In this document: positions 10,238 through 23,215 of the stretch, piece by piece
How the letters are laid out: each line of letters starts with the position of its first letter
Numbering within the stretch: the stretch's first letter is position 1
Assembly: GCA_963842945.1 (NCBI GenBank)
Contig: CAWJIM010000019.1
Coordinates: 576,001-640,000, forward strand
Length of the DNA stretch: 64,000 nucleotides
Origin: an uncultured Gemmatimonadales bacterium
GTDB taxonomy: Bacteria; Gemmatimonadota; Gemmatimonadetes; Gemmatimonadales; GWC2-71-9
Reading direction: 5' to 3'
Notes under the pieces: generated by a model
Seen by the model: the letters and a program-made list of their open reading frames with translations, nothing else
Told to the model about the DNA's origin: nothing
The model's database searches: none
Position numbers and translations under genes: made by a program

Positions 10238-12296
10238 TCACAATATCCCCCACCAGTCCCGATTCACGTCGAGACTGATCCCCACGTCGCCGCTCCGGAG
10301 ACCCACGCCGACCTCGAGCCGAAGCAGGCCCATGAGCCACTCCGCGGCCAGACCGGCGACCGGCCGGACACCGTCCGTCTCCACGTACGGCAGTCCCTGG
10401 AGGGGGCGCTCCGACCAGCCGGCCGCCAGGAACGGCGCGAGGATCAGATGTCTCCCCGTGCTGGTGAAGGATCCCAGCGGAAGGGCCGGCACCGGCACCT
10501 CCAGCCGCCATTCGGTTTGCGCCACCGCCATGGATCTGCCGCCGTACGCCCGGAAGGGCTCACCCAACAGCGTCCCCCTGCCGCCGAGGGCGAAGCTCCG
10601 GTAGGCGGGGAGCCCACTCGTGCCGGCTCCGGCGTACGCTCGAGTGAGCAGACGGCCGGGACCGGCGCCGGTGAGCCAGCGGCCCTCGGCGGCGGCCCGG
10701 AAGTACGCGTCGCCGCCCTCCCCGTCCCCGTCCCCCGCCTCGAGGGAGAGCCGTCCCTGGAGGTCGCCCTCCACGGCCATGCCGCCACTCGCCCGCTCGA
10801 GCGACGCTCGCACGACGCGGACGGTGCCGGCGCCGAGCGGAGGGTTCGGCCGGTAGGTGCCGTTGGCCGGCGTCGCCTCGACGCCGAGGCTGTGGCTCTC
10901 CTCCACCCCGAGCTGAAGCTCGACCGACGTGCGGCCGTCGAGCCGGTGACGGACGCCCGCGGTCGCCGCATCGAGCAGGACGTAGTCGCCGTAGTCGTCG
11001 CCCGCTTCCTGGGCGAGCAGGGAGTTGAGGATCGGCGAGATCACCGGGAAGTCGGCGAAGTCGCGGATCTGCCGCTCGGCGCCGAGGGAGAGCTGAGTGG
11101 CGCCCGTCCCGGCGAGCAGCGTGAGGCCGCCGGTGACGCGCTCGTCCGAGGTGCCGTAGCCGATCCGCGGCCGGAGACTGAACCGCCCCCCGATGCCGAT
11201 CGTGCCACCGAAGCCGAGCGCGAGGCCCTGCACCCGGTTCACCCGAACGAGGTCGCTCAGCGAGCCGGTCGCGAGCCGGGTCGAGGGAAGGCCGCCCAGG
11301 GCCCGAGCGCCGGCGATTCGCTCGACCTCGACCCGGAGCGCGTCCATGTCCTGTTCGGTTGATCGGCGCGGCGACACCCGCGATCGCGTCCGAGAGCGGC
11401 CGGTCCCAACCCGAGTCGCCGGGCTGGGGTCGCACCAGTCCGCCGATGGCCGGGCCTGCCAGCACCTCCGGCGGAATCTCCACGTTCAGGTCGTAGTCCT
11501 CGATCTCCCAGCGGCCCCGGATGATGCCGCGCGCCGGAAAGTCGAGGAAGCTGGCCCGACGCCGGATCTCGATCTCCTGCCGGTACGGAAGCCACCAGCG
11601 CCCCTCGAAGCGGGCGTTCTCCAGCGCGATGGTGATGTCCTCGAGCTGCCGGTCGAGGTACGCCGACGGGGTGAAGCTGAAGCGGAAGCGGACCAGCTCG
11701 GCGGTCTCGATGTCGATGAACATCGTCCCCACGATGAGGGGACGCTCGAAGGAGCGGGGCCGGACCTGCACCTCGCGCACCGTGACCTCGCCGCCGCCGG
11801 TGCGAATAGTGAGCGAGTCGCCGAGCGCGTAGTCATACAGCGCCAGGCCGGCCCGCGAGAGCGGATGGATCGCGTCGCGCACCTCGTCGCCCTCGCCGAT
11901 CCGGATCACGTCGCCGAAGTTGTTGGTGACGATGCCGAGGTGGTCGCGGTGGTACTCGATGTCGGTCGGAAGGAAGGCGCCGTCGCGCCACCCGAGCACC
12001 ACCTGCTTGCTGTGGTTGGGGGCCTGCCAATACACTTCCACGTCCAGCTCGTCCGCCTTGACCAGCCGGGGCGGCTCGGTCAGCCCCTCGCCGACCTGCG
12101 CCAGGAAAAAAACGAACCCGTGGGCGCGGGTTCGATAGCTCAGCAGCATCGAGTCGGCCTGCACCGCGGCTCGCTGGTCCACCGCCCGGCGCACCAGCGC
12201 GACCGCCTCGGGCGCGTCCCAGCCCTGCGCCGCGAGCGGCGGCGCGCAGGCCGGCAGCAGCGCGCCGATCGCGCGAAGGCACCGCAACACTCTCAC
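10238..12296 (-). CDS. Putative outer-membrane protein with BamA/TamA-like C-terminal barrel; apparent frameshift at ~11354
   Basis: Signal peptide ending PLAAQ; ALGGRGTLLGEPF...YGG barrel motif; two ORF halves join as ...APINR|QDMDALR. Confidence 0.6.
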
Positions 12297-12323
12297 CGTG
12301 AACCTCTCACTACCAGGGAGTCG

Positions 12324-12917
12324 ATGGCCGGAATATTCCGGGGGCTCTGGGGACGAGCAAGCTGGCTCTGTCTCGCGGTCGCCGCCTGCGGCGGAGCGCG
12401 CTCGCCGGCCGGCAAGGACAAGACGCCCGCCGCCGAGACCCGGACGATCCCCCTGGCCGAGGCCATCGTGCTGGAGACATCGGGTCCCCCGCCCTCCGAC
12501 ACCGTGGTGACGTTCACGGCCGGCGAGCCCCGCGTCATCGTCGTCCGCCACGGGCCGCCGGAGTCCATCGCCTTCGCCGAGCTCAGCTTCCCCGCCGCGG
12601 CCTTCGCGGAGCGGGGGCGCGAGGTGCGGGTGGAGGTGCGGCCGCGCCCAGGCGTGTACGGGCTGGACGTCGCCACCAGCCTCCCGGTTCGCGACAGCGC
12701 CACCATCGCGTTCAAGTATGCCCGGTACTTCGCCGCCCCGAGCCGGGCGCGCACGGCGTACGGCTCCGACCTCGCCTACGAGCGTGCGCTCGCGGTCGGC
12801 CGGGTGCGGCGGCCTGAAGGCCTGGTGGCCCTGCTCCCCTCGACGCGTCCCTTCCCGGACGTGCTCCAGGCGCCGTTGCCCGCGGCCGGGACCTACCTGG
12901 TGGCGGCGCCACAATGA
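12324..12917 (+). CDS. Hypothetical lipoprotein
   Basis: GGGAG SD before ATG 12324; lipobox VAAC; ATGA overlap with trpE. Confidence 0.65.
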   Translation: MAGIFRGLWGRASWLCLAVAACGGARSPAGKDKTPAAETRTIPLAEAIVLETSGPPPSDTVVTFTAGEPRVIVVRHGPPESIAFAELSFPAAAFAERGREVRVEVRPRPGVYGLDVATSLPVRDSATIAFKYARYFAAPSRARTAYGSDLAYERALAVGRVRRPEGLVALLPSTRPFPDVLQAPLPAAGTYLVAAPQ

Positions 12918-14425
12918 GCCCGGGCTTCGACCGCTTCGTCGAGCAGGCCCGGCTCGCCGGCGGGATCGTGCCGGTGACCCGCCAGGTCGTGCTCGACGGC
13001 GATACCCCGGTGACGGCCTTCACCAAGCTCCACCGCGGACGCTGGGGCTTTCTCCTGGAGTCGCTGGAGGGAGGAGAGCGCTGGGCGCGCTACACCTTCC
13101 TCGCGACCGAGCCCCGGGAGGTGTTCCGCTACCGGGGTCGCGAGTGCGCGCGTTGGACGCCGGGCGACCAGTGGCGCGTGGTCGAGACCGACCTCCCGCC
13201 GCTCGAGCACCTCGGGCGCACCATGCGGCGCCACCCGCCGGTGGTGGTGCCCGGGCTCCCGCGTTTCACCGGTGGCGCGGTGGGCTTCTGGGGCTACGAC
13301 GTCGTCCGCACCATCGAGTCCCTGCCCGACGCCCCGCCCGATGACCGGGATCTGCCCGACGCCATCGTCATGGTGGCGGACACCCTCCTGGTGCTCGACA
13401 ACCTGTTCAATCGCGCCACCGTCATCGCGAGCGTGGAGGTGCCGCCGGCTGCGGAAGAGGACGAGCTGCACCGGCTGTACGCCGGGGCGGAGGCGCGGAT
13501 CGAGCGCTGGCTGGAGCGCCTCGCTTCACCCGGCACGATGCGGCCGCTCGACATCGTCGGGGATCCGCCGCTCCCGCAGGCCGGCTCCCCGTACCCGGAC
13601 GAGCGCTTCCAGCAGGACGTGCGACGGATCAAGGAGTACATCGCCGCGGGCGACACCTTCCAGACGGTGCTGAGCCGCCGTATCGACGTCGCGGCGCCGG
13701 ACCCGTTCCTGAGCTACCGCTATCTCCGGGCGCTCAATCCGGCGCCGTACCTCTACTACCTGCACTGCGACGACATCCACGTCATCGGCAGCTCGCCGGA
13801 GATCCTGGTCCGGGTGGAGGACGGCGAGGTGACCGTGCGTCCGATCGCAGGCACCCGCCCGCGCGGAGCCGACGCCGCACAGGACGTCGCTCTCGCCGAC
13901 GAGCTGACCGCCGACCCCAAGGAGCGGGCCGAGCACCTGATGCTGGTGGACCTCGGCCGGAACGATGTCGGGAGGGTGGCGGAGTTCGGCTCGGTACGGC
14001 TCACGGCCTTCATGACCATCGAGCGGTACTCGCACGTGATGCACCTGGTGAGCGAGGTCCGGGGACGCCTCCGGCCAGAGCTCGACGCGGTCGCCGCGCT
14101 GGCGGCCTGCTTTCCGGCGGGAACGGTGTCGGGGGCGCCCAAGGTGCGTGCGATGCAGATCATCGACGAGCTGGAGCCGGTCCGGCGGGGTCCCTACGCC
14201 GGGGCGGTGGGCTACGTCGGCTGGGGCGCGCGCACGCTCGACACCGCCATCGCCATCCGCACCTGTGTCATCCGCGGAGACCGGGCGTGGGTGCAGGCGG
14301 GGGCGGGAATCGTCGCGGACTCCGATCCGGCCGGGGAGTGGCGGGAGACGGAGGCGAAAGCCCGGGCCGTGCTGCTCGCGCTGGCGTTGGCGGGCAGCGG
14401 AGGAAAAGGGACTATGTCACCCTGA
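12914..14425 (+). CDS. trpE: Anthranilate synthase component I
   Basis: FLLESLEGGERWARY, LRALNPAPY, GSSPEILV, PIAGTRPRG, KERAEHLMLVDLGRND, PAGTVSGAPKVRAM. Confidence 0.93.
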   Translation: MSPGFDRFVEQARLAGGIVPVTRQVVLDGDTPVTAFTKLHRGRWGFLLESLEGGERWARYTFLATEPREVFRYRGRECARWTPGDQWRVVETDLPPLEHLGRTMRRHPPVVVPGLPRFTGGAVGFWGYDVVRTIESLPDAPPDDRDLPDAIVMVADTLLVLDNLFNRATVIASVEVPPAAEEDELHRLYAGAEARIERWLERLASPGTMRPLDIVGDPPLPQAGSPYPDERFQQDVRRIKEYIAAGDTFQTVLSRRIDVAAPDPFLSYRYLRALNPAPYLYYLHCDDIHVIGSSPEILVRVEDGEVTVRPIAGTRPRGADAAQDVALADELTADPKERAEHLMLVDLGRNDVGRVAEFGSVRLTAFMTIERYSHVMHLVSEVRGRLRPELDAVAALAACFPAGTVSGAPKVRAMQIIDELEPVRRGPYAGAVGYVGWGARTLDTAIAIRTCVIRGDRAWVQAGAGIVADSDPAGEWRETEAKARAVLLALALAGSGGKGTMSP

Positions 14426-14469
14426 GCGTAGCGAAGGGGCATGGTCCCCTCACTGCGTTCAGGGTGACA
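14415..14469 (-). repeat. Palindromic repeat element copy 1 (centre deleted, reverse orientation); contains trpE stop
   Basis: TGTCACCCTGAGCGTAGCGAAGGGG...CCCCTCACTGCGTTCAGGGTGACA; matches six other copies. Confidence 0.9.
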
Positions 14470-14508
14470 TCCGACACACCCTCCCCTACCCCCCGCTATT
14501 TTCTCCGC

Positions 14509-16106
14509 ATGCCCACCTTCCGACTCGTCAGCACCGCCGGCGACCAGAGCTTCGAGCTCCCCCCGGGCGGAGTGTGGTCGTCGGACGGGGTGTCGCGACG
14601 GACATCGCCATCTACGACCCCACCATCTCCCGGCGCCACGCCGAGCTGACGGCGCGGGGCGACGCGGTCGAGGTGCGGGACCTCGGCAGCTCCAACGGCA
14701 CCTGCATCAACGGCAGCCGGGTGACCACCGGCCGGCTCACAGTCAACGACTCGGTCACCTTCGGTAAGGTCACCTACAGGATCCAGGGCCGGCCCTCGCT
14801 TCCCGAGCCGGTCTCCCCGGAGCCGAGCGAGCCCTCGGACACCATCGTCCGCAAGCTCATGGTGAGCGCGGGTGGCTCCGCCGGCATCACGAGCCGCGAC
14901 GGGCCGCTCAACCGTGGGCAGCTCCGGGTGGCGGCCGCCACCGCTGAGGAGCGGCAGGCCAAGAAGCTTTCCATGCTGCTCGAGGTGGCTCAGAAGCTCA
15001 CCGGCGAGCTCGAGCTGGACCGGCTGCTCCGCGCGGTGGTGGACATGACGTTCCAGGTCATGGAAGTGGACCGGGTCACCATCCTGCTGCGCCAGGAGGA
15101 CACCGGCGAGCTGGTGCCCACCATCTCCAAGAGCCGCCTGGGCGACACCCAGGTCCAGGCGGTCCCCCGGTCCATCGTGGACAAGGTGGTGGAGGAGCGG
15201 GTGGCGGTGGTGTCCCACAACGCGCCGGCCGACACCCGGTTCAAGGGGCGATCGATCGTGACCCAGAGCGTCCGGAGCGCGATGTGCTCGCCCCTCCTGG
15301 ACGTGAAGGACGAGATCCTCGGCCTCCTGTACGTGGACAACCTGAGTGCGCCCGGCACCTTCAGCGACGAGGACCTCCAGTTCCTCGTGGCCTTCAGCGG
15401 GCTCGCCGCCCTCGGCATCAAGAACAGCCGCTTCGCCGAGCGGATTCGGCGGGAGTCCCTGGTCCGCTCCAACTTCGAGCGCTACTTCGCGCCCAACGTC
15501 GCGGCGGCGATCGCGCGCCAGGACGGCGACATCCGGCTCGGCGGCGAGCGCCGGCCGATCACGATTCTCTTCAGCGACATCCGCGGCTTCACCGCGATCG
15601 CGGAGTCCATGGGACCCGACGCGGTGGCCCAGCTCCTGAGCGAGTATTTCAGCGAGATGGTCGAGGTGATCTTCGAGCACGGCGGCACGCTCGACAAGTT
15701 CATCGGCGACGCCGTGATGGCATTGTGGGGCGCCCCGATCGCCCACAGCGACGACCCCGACCGCGCGCTCGAGGCCGCGGTCGCGATGCAGCGGACGATC
15801 GAGGAGCTCAACCGAAGCTGGCTGGCCTCCGGCCGGCCGGAGATCGGCGTCGGCATCGGGATCAGTCACGGCGAGGTGTTCGCCGGGAACATCGGCAGCC
15901 ACCGGCGGCTCGAGTACACCGTGCTCGGCGATGCCGTGAACGTGGCGGCCCGCCTCTGCGCCGAGGCGGGACCGGGCGAGATCCTGGTGAGTGAGGCCCT
16001 GCTGCGTGTGGTGAAGGCTCCGGTGGATCACGAGTACCTGCCGGAGCTGGGGCTGAAGGGCAAGTCGCAGGTCGTGCAGGTCTACCGGATCAAACAGGCG
16101 CGCTGA
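14509..16106 (+). CDS. FHA-GAF-class III adenylate/guanylate cyclase; apparent 1-nt frameshift at ~14559-14567
   Basis: FHA (GR...ISRRHA...DLGSSNGT), GAF (SAMCSPL...GLLYVDN), cyclase (FSDIRGFT, DKFIGDAVMA, YTVLGDAVNVAARL). ATG 14509 joins the body across the C6/G3 run. Confidence 0.88.
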
Positions 16107-16674
16107 CGCCGAACTCGTACTTCTCCCCCGCCTCCTCCATCAGTCGAAGGACCAGCCGGATCGGCAAGCCCATCACGCTGAAGAAGTCCCCTTCGATCCG
16201 CTCCACCAGGGCCGCGCCGTAGCCCTGGATCCCGTACGCCCCTGCCTTGTCCATCGGCTCTCCCGTCGCCACGTACGCGCGCAGGAAATCTTCGGACATC
16301 CTGCGGAACCTCACGTTGGTGACGTCCGTCGCCTGGTGGATCCGGCCGCCCGAGGCCAGCGCCACGGAGGTCACCACCTGATGGGTGCGGCCCTGGAGCT
16401 TGCCCAGCATGCGGAGGGCGTCGGCTTCGTCCGCCGGCTTCTCCAGCACCTCGTCCCGCACGATCACGGTCGTGTCCGCGCCCAGGACGAGCCGCCCTCG
16501 CACGCCCAGCGCCTTCTCCCGCGCGAGTCGCTCCACGTAGTCGAGCGGGGTCTCCGCGGGCTGCCGGACCTCTGGAACGTTGGAGGGGACCACTCGAACG
16601 GGGATGCCGAGCATCTCCAGCAGCTGCCGGCGGCGCGGCGAGCCGGAGGCGAGCGTGAGAGGCTCCCGCGTCAT
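16090..16674 (-). CDS. maf: Maf-family nucleoside triphosphate pyrophosphatase
   Basis: [38 protein letters not shown]. Confidence 0.93.
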   Translation of the reverse strand: MTREPLTLASGSPRRRQLLEMLGIPVRVVPSNVPEVRQPAETPLDYVERLAREKALGVRGRLVLGADTTVIVRDEVLEKPADEADALRMLGKLQGRTHQVVTSVALASGGRIHQATDVTNVRFRRMSEDFLRAYVATGEPMDKAGAYGIQGYGAALVERIEGDFFSVMGLPIRLVLRLMEEAGEKYEFGVSAPV

Positions 16675-17114
16675 GCGTTCCGCTCGAGGATCAAGGTGAC
16701 CGGCCCGTCGTTATGGATCTCCACCATCATGTGCGCTCCGAACTCCCCGGTCCCCACCTCGAGGCCGCGGTCGCGCAGCGCGGCGACGAACCGCTCGTAC
16801 AGCGGGATCGCCTGCTCCGGCCGCGCCGCGTCCACGAACGAGGGCCGCCTGCCCTTGGCCGCGTCCCCGTAGAGCGTGAATTGGGAGACCACCAGCACGG
16901 CGCCGCCGACTTCATCGAGGCCGAGGTTCATCTTCCCCTCGGAATCGGAGAAAAGACGCAGTCCGGCGACCTTCTCGGCCATCCAATCTACCGTCGCTTC
17001 CGTGTCCCCGTGGGTGAAGCCGACGAGCAGGCAAAAGCCCCGCTCGATGGCTCCGGCGGTCTTGCCCTCGATCGTTACCGACGCTCGCGAGACCCGCTGC
17101 AGCACCACGCGCAT
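16671..17114 (-). CDS. dtd: D-aminoacyl-tRNA deacylase
   Basis: [31 protein letters not shown]. Confidence 0.96.
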   Translation of the reverse strand: MRVVLQRVSRASVTIEGKTAGAIERGFCLLVGFTHGDTEATVDWMAEKVAGLRLFSDSEGKMNLGLDEVGGAVLVVSQFTLYGDAAKGRRPSFVDAARPEQAIPLYERFVAALRDRGLEVGTGEFGAHMMVEIHNDGPVTLILERNA

Positions 17115-17159
17115 GATGGGGAGTAAATTTCGCTCGTCTCTGGAAGGGCTGATACTCGG

Positions 17160-18017
17160 ATGGTGAAGATAAGCGCGATTCCAGCGGCGCCGCATCGGCC
17201 GGAGCCGCTCTCCTGGCCCGACGACCGTCTCACCGCCGCCTGGCTCGGCCACGCGACGGTGCTGCTGAACTTGTACGGCGTCAGGATCATCACCGATCCG
17301 GTGCTCGAGAGTCGCGTGGGCATCGGCCGCGGACCAGCGAAGCTCGGCCCGCGCCGGCTGGTGCGTCCCGCGCTCCGCGCGCGCGAGCTGCCCCGGCTCG
17401 ATCTCATACTGCTCTCCCATGCCCACATGGACCACACCGACCTGGGCACGCTCTGCTCGCTCCGTCGCGATGTGCCGGTCGTGGTGCAGCGCGGCAATCG
17501 CGACCTCGTGCGCCGGTTCCGCCGCGTCGAAGAGCTGGACTGGGGAGAGTCCGCCGAGATCGCCGGGACGAGAGTCGAGTCGGTGGAAGTCCGACATTGG
17601 GGTGCTCGGATGGTGACCGATCGGCACCGCGGGTACGGCGGGTACCTGTTGACTCGGAACGGCGCCACGGTGCTCTTCGCCGGCGATACCGCCTACACCG
17701 ACGCGTTCGACCGGCTGGGCCGCACGGTGAAGGTGGAGCTCGCCATCCTGCCGATCGGCGCCTACGACCCATGGATCGCCAATCACGCCTCGCCCGAGCA
17801 GGCCTGGCGCATGTTCCAGGGGCTGGGCGCCCGGTACCTCCTGCCGGTGCATCACTCGACGTTCCGGCTCAGCCGCGAGCCGGTGGAGGAGCCGCTGGAG
17901 CGCCTGCGAGCCGCGGCCGGCCGGGAGAGCTGGCGCATCGTATCGCCGGAGATCGGCTCGACCTGGACGGTGCAACGTCCGGATGCCTCGCCGCGGCGCA
18001 ACGGAGCGCCCCGCTGA
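17160..18017 (+). CDS. MBL-fold metallo-hydrolase (NAPE-PLD/RomA-like)
   Basis: [33 protein letters not shown]. Confidence 0.85.
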   Translation: MVKISAIPAAPHRPEPLSWPDDRLTAAWLGHATVLLNLYGVRIITDPVLESRVGIGRGPAKLGPRRLVRPALRARELPRLDLILLSHAHMDHTDLGTLCSLRRDVPVVVQRGNRDLVRRFRRVEELDWGESAEIAGTRVESVEVRHWGARMVTDRHRGYGGYLLTRNGATVLFAGDTAYTDAFDRLGRTVKVELAILPIGAYDPWIANHASPEQAWRMFQGLGARYLLPVHHSTFRLSREPVEEPLERLRAAAGRESWRIVSPEIGSTWTVQRPDASPRRNGAPR

Positions 18018-18565
18018 CGGGCCCGGTCACCGAGCCCGCGATCGTTCGCCTCCTCGGCGCCCGGGAGGCAGGCGAGCGGATCGCCGAGCTGTCGGCGGTG
18101 TTGATGGACTGCGTCGAGGGCGGGGCGTCGGTCAGCTTCATGGCCCCACTCACCCACGAGCGGGCGGACACCTTCTGGCGCGGAGTCGCGGACGGCGTGG
18201 CCTCGGGCGACCGACTCCTGCTCGTCGCGGAAGATCGCGCGAAGCGGCAGATCGTCGGCACGGTGCAGGTGGTGTTCGCCGGTCCGGAGAATCAGCCGCA
18301 TCGTGGTGACGTCGCGAAGATGCTGGTCCACCGCTCCGCGCGCCGACAGGGACTGGGCGCCCTCCTGATGCGAGCGGCCGAGGAGGCCGCGCTCGCGGCG
18401 GGGCGGACGCTGCTCGTGCTGGACACGGTCACCGGCGGCGAGGCCGAGCGGCTTTATGCCCGACTGGGCTGGACGAGGGTCGGGGTCGTGCCGGACTACG
18501 CGCTCTGGCCCGATGGCCGGCTCTGCGACACGACGTTCTTCTACAAGCGATTGTCGAGAAGTTGA
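18014..18565 (+). CDS. GNAT N-acetyltransferase (Ttr-like)
   Basis: [45 protein letters not shown]. Start uncertain (CTG 18014). Confidence 0.88.
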   Translation: MTGPVTEPAIVRLLGAREAGERIAELSAVLMDCVEGGASVSFMAPLTHERADTFWRGVADGVASGDRLLLVAEDRAKRQIVGTVQVVFAGPENQPHRGDVAKMLVHRSARRQGLGALLMRAAEEAALAAGRTLLVLDTVTGGEAERLYARLGWTRVGVVPDYALWPDGRLCDTTFFYKRLSRS

Positions 18566-18588
18566 AAGGCCCCCCAGCGAGGGGGGCC
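18563..18588 (-). terminator. Intrinsic terminator-like hairpin between convergent GNAT and glmS units
   Basis: 8-bp GC stem GGCCCCCC/GGGGGGCC, 5-nt loop, followed by TTTC on the minus strand. Confidence 0.6.
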
Positions 18589-18590
18589 GA

Positions 18591-18656
18591 TGCCAAGCAC
18601 GGCGCGGGGAGGCGGCGTTATCGTTTCGCCGGCGACTCCACCATCACCGCCTTGGC
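18591..18656 (-). repeat. Diverged copy of the glmS 3'-end hairpin (possible sRNA core)
   Basis: 58/66 identical to 18784-18849 by manual alignment; closed by GCCAAG/CTTGGC. Confidence 0.85.
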
Positions 18657-18783
18657 GGGTGGCTGACAGGAAGAATATATCGCAGTGGCGGAGTTCCCTT
18701 CGGATCACCACGCGGTAACGACCCTGTGAAGGCCCCCAGCGAACCGGGCCCTCGAACGCTCGAGGGCCCGGCCGGCCAACAGT

Positions 18784-18825
18784 TGCCAAGCGCGGTGTGG
18801 CGAGGCGGCGTTATCGTTTCGCCGG

Positions 18826-18849
<24 letters not shown>
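18784..18849 (-). repeat. 66-nt hairpin overlapping the last codons of glmS
   Basis: 5' arm is the AKSVTVE-stop codons; 3' arm is downstream complementary sequence. Confidence 0.85.
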
Positions 18850-20655
<1,806 letters not shown>

Positions 20656-20668
20656 CGCGCCATGTTCC

Positions 20669-22045
20669 TCACTTCAGGAGTTCCCGCCCGGCGGCCACCA
20701 GTGCTTCCGCTTCCGCTTGCGTGGGTGCCTCGGCGATCAGTCGGACGATTGGCTCGGTGCCGGAAGGCCGGATGTGGAGCCAGCGATCCGCCCAGGAGAG
20801 CCGGAGTCCGTCCCGGTCGTCGGTGGCGGCATCGGCAAAGCGCCTCCGCAGCCGCTCGTACAGCGGACCCAGCTGCGACGACCTGGGACCCTTGGCCTTC
20901 ACGATGGTGTAGCGGGGCGACGACTCCACCAGCTGAGATACCGTTACCCCAGACGTGGCAAGGAGATGCAAGATCAAGGCCACCCCCAGCGGTGCATCGC
21001 GTCCGATGTGCAGAGCAGGGTACATCACCCCGCCGTTCCCCTCGCCGCCGATCACCGCGCCGCGCTCCCGTATCGCCCGGGCGACGTTGGCCTCGCCGAC
21101 CGGCGCGCGCTCCAGGGTGGCCCCGACTGCGCGTGCCGCATCCTCAACCACCAAGCTGGTCGAAAGGTTCACGACCACGGTCGGCGGCGCAGCGGGTTTG
21201 CTGCGTCCGTCCAACACCGCGCGGACCGCGAACGCCAGCGTGTAGTCCTCGCCGATCGCCCTGCCGTTCCCATCCACGACCGCCAGGCGGTCCACGTCGG
21301 GGTCCACGGCGAAACCGAGGTCGGCGCCGCTCTCCCGGACCAGCCGGCCGAGGTCGCCGAGATTCTCCGGCACCGGCTCGGGCGCCCGCGGAAAGCGCCC
21401 GTCGGGCTCCAGGTTGATGCCGCTCACCCGGCAGCCGAGCCGCTCGAGCAGGGGCAGGATGGCGACCGCGCCCGCGCCTCGAACGCAGTCGAGCGCAACA
21501 TGGAAGCGCCGGCCGCGGATGGCGGCGACGTCGATCACCGGGAGGCCGAGGACGGCGTCGAGGTGCCGGGACACGGCCTCCGGGTCCTCCCGCAGCTCCC
21601 CGATCCCGTCCCACCCCGCTCGCTCGGGCCCCTGCTCCGCGAGGGCTCGCACCCGCTCGCCCGCGGCCGCGTCGAGAAAGATCCCGTCCGGGCCGACGAA
21701 CTTGAGCGCGTTCCACTCGATAGGGTTGTGACTCGCCGTCAGGATGAGGCCGGCGCCGGCGTGGTGGTGCTCCACCGCGAGCTGCACCGTCGGCGTCGGC
21801 ACGACGCCGAGGTCCACGACGTCCACCCCCACGGACATGAGACCTGCCGCGGCGGCGCGGGCGAACATCGGCCCGCTGGTCCTCGCGTCACGGCCGAGCA
21901 CGACGGCAGGACGGCTCCCGCCGGTCCCCCCCGACCGGGCCCAGGCGCCGAGAGCCGCGGCATGACGCGCCACCAGCTCCGGCGTAAGGTCGGTCCCCAC
22001 GTGTCCCCGCATCCCGGAGACGCTGATCATGAGGGTGTCGGACAT
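20669..22045 (-). CDS. glmM: Phosphoglucosamine mutase (alpha-D-phosphohexomutase family)
   Basis: TASHNP, DPDVDR, GGEGNGG, RPSGTEP; adjacent to glmS. Confidence 0.85.
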   Translation of the reverse strand: MSDTLMISVSGMRGHVGTDLTPELVARHAAALGAWARSGGTGGSRPAVVLGRDARTSGPMFARAAAAGLMSVGVDVVDLGVVPTPTVQLAVEHHHAGAGLILTASHNPIEWNALKFVGPDGIFLDAAAGERVRALAEQGPERAGWDGIGELREDPEAVSRHLDAVLGLPVIDVAAIRGRRFHVALDCVRGAGAVAILPLLERLGCRVSGINLEPDGRFPRAPEPVPENLGDLGRLVRESGADLGFAVDPDVDRLAVVDGNGRAIGEDYTLAFAVRAVLDGRSKPAAPPTVVVNLSTSLVVEDAARAVGATLERAPVGEANVARAIRERGAVIGGEGNGGVMYPALHIGRDAPLGVALILHLLATSGVTVSQLVESSPRYTIVKAKGPRSSQLGPLYERLRRRFADAATDDRDGLRLSWADRWLHIRPSGTEPIVRLIAEAPTQAEAEALVAAGRELLK

Positions 22046-22060
22046 GATGGCGAGTGCCGC

Positions 22061-23107
22061 TCAGCGGCCGATGGGGAGCGGGGTGACGTCGCGAAACGCG
22101 GTGGTGAACGCGTCCACGACCTCGGGATCGAAGTGCGCGCCCGCGCAGCGGTGCAGCTCGTCGAAGGCCTCGGTCGGGGTCCGAGGGAGCCTGTACGCGC
22201 GGCTCGTGGTCATCGCATCGAAGGCATCCACCACCGCGACGATGCGGGCCTCCCGCGGGATCCGGTCGCCGCTGAGACCGTCCGGAAAACCGCACCCGTC
22301 CAGCCGCTCGTGATGGGAGCGCACGATGCGGAGCACCATGGGTGACTCGTTCAGGAAGGGCGACAGGATCTTCTCCCCGAGGGCGGTGTGCTCCTTGACG
22401 TGCTCGAACTCCGCGGGCGTGAGCGCGCCCGGCTTGTTCAGGATGGCCTCGCGGGTGCCGATCTTGCCGATGTCGTGCAGCTCCGCGCCGAGTCGGATGT
22501 ACTCGAGGAGCTCGCCCACGTAGCCGAGGTGCACCGCGGTCTTCTGGGCGTATCGGGCCACCCGCGACGAGTGCCCGCTGGTGTATGCGTCCTTGGCCTC
22601 GAGGGCGTGCACCAGCGTCTGCACGCCGTTGATCAGCGATTCCTTGTTCCGGCGGTCCAGCTCCCGGACCCGGCCCTCGAGGTTCTTCTGGTAGAACCGG
22701 TTCTGGAGCACGAGCTGGCGCTTCTCCAGCGCCTTGTCCACCCGCGCCCGGACCTCCTCCATGACCACCGGCTTCGAGATGTAATCCAGCGCGCCGATCT
22801 GCAGGCACTCGACCGCCGTGGTCACGTCGGCCACGCCGGTGAGCATGATGACGGCCATGTCGGGATACCGCCGGAGGGCTTCCCGCAGGAAGGTGACCCC
22901 GTCCATCTCCGCCATGTGCACGTCGGAGATGCAAAGCGGGATCTCGCCCTCGCGCTCGAGAATGGCGAGAGCCTCCGCGCCGGAGCCCGCTTCGATGGTC
23001 GCGAGGCCGTGGCCCTGGATGACCCGAGTCAGCGCATGGCGCACCGTCCCGTCATCGTCCACGACCAGACAGCGGGCGGTCGCTCCCGCGCTTCCGGGTT
23101 GGTTCAC
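22061..23107 (-). CDS. Response regulator with HD-GYP phosphodiesterase domain
   Basis: REC (LVVDDD, SDVHM, DYISKP) plus EAKDAYTSGHS, LHDIGKIG, HHERLDGCGFP, DAFDAMT. Confidence 0.92.
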   Translation of the reverse strand: MNQPGSAGATARCLVVDDDGTVRHALTRVIQGHGLATIEAGSGAEALAILEREGEIPLCISDVHMAEMDGVTFLREALRRYPDMAVIMLTGVADVTTAVECLQIGALDYISKPVVMEEVRARVDKALEKRQLVLQNRFYQKNLEGRVRELDRRNKESLINGVQTLVHALEAKDAYTSGHSSRVARYAQKTAVHLGYVGELLEYIRLGAELHDIGKIGTREAILNKPGALTPAEFEHVKEHTALGEKILSPFLNESPMVLRIVRSHHERLDGCGFPDGLSGDRIPREARIVAVVDAFDAMTTSRAYRLPRTPTEAFDELHRCAGAHFDPEVVDAFTTAFRDVTPLPIGR

Positions 23108-23113
23108 GCCGGG

Positions 23114-23142
23114 AAAGTAAGGCGTCCTCCACGGCGCTTCAA
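23114..23142 (-). promoter_or_regulatory. Putative sigma70 promoter; leaderless start of HD-GYP gene
   Basis: TTGAAG-17 nt-TACTTT, then 6 nt to GTG. Confidence 0.55.
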
Positions 23143-23215
23143 CCGAGCGGAACGCCTTGCCGCCCCCCTGCGCTGGCCGTTACGCTTCTGCTCTTCCTCC
23201 TTCGGCCGGCCTTCC

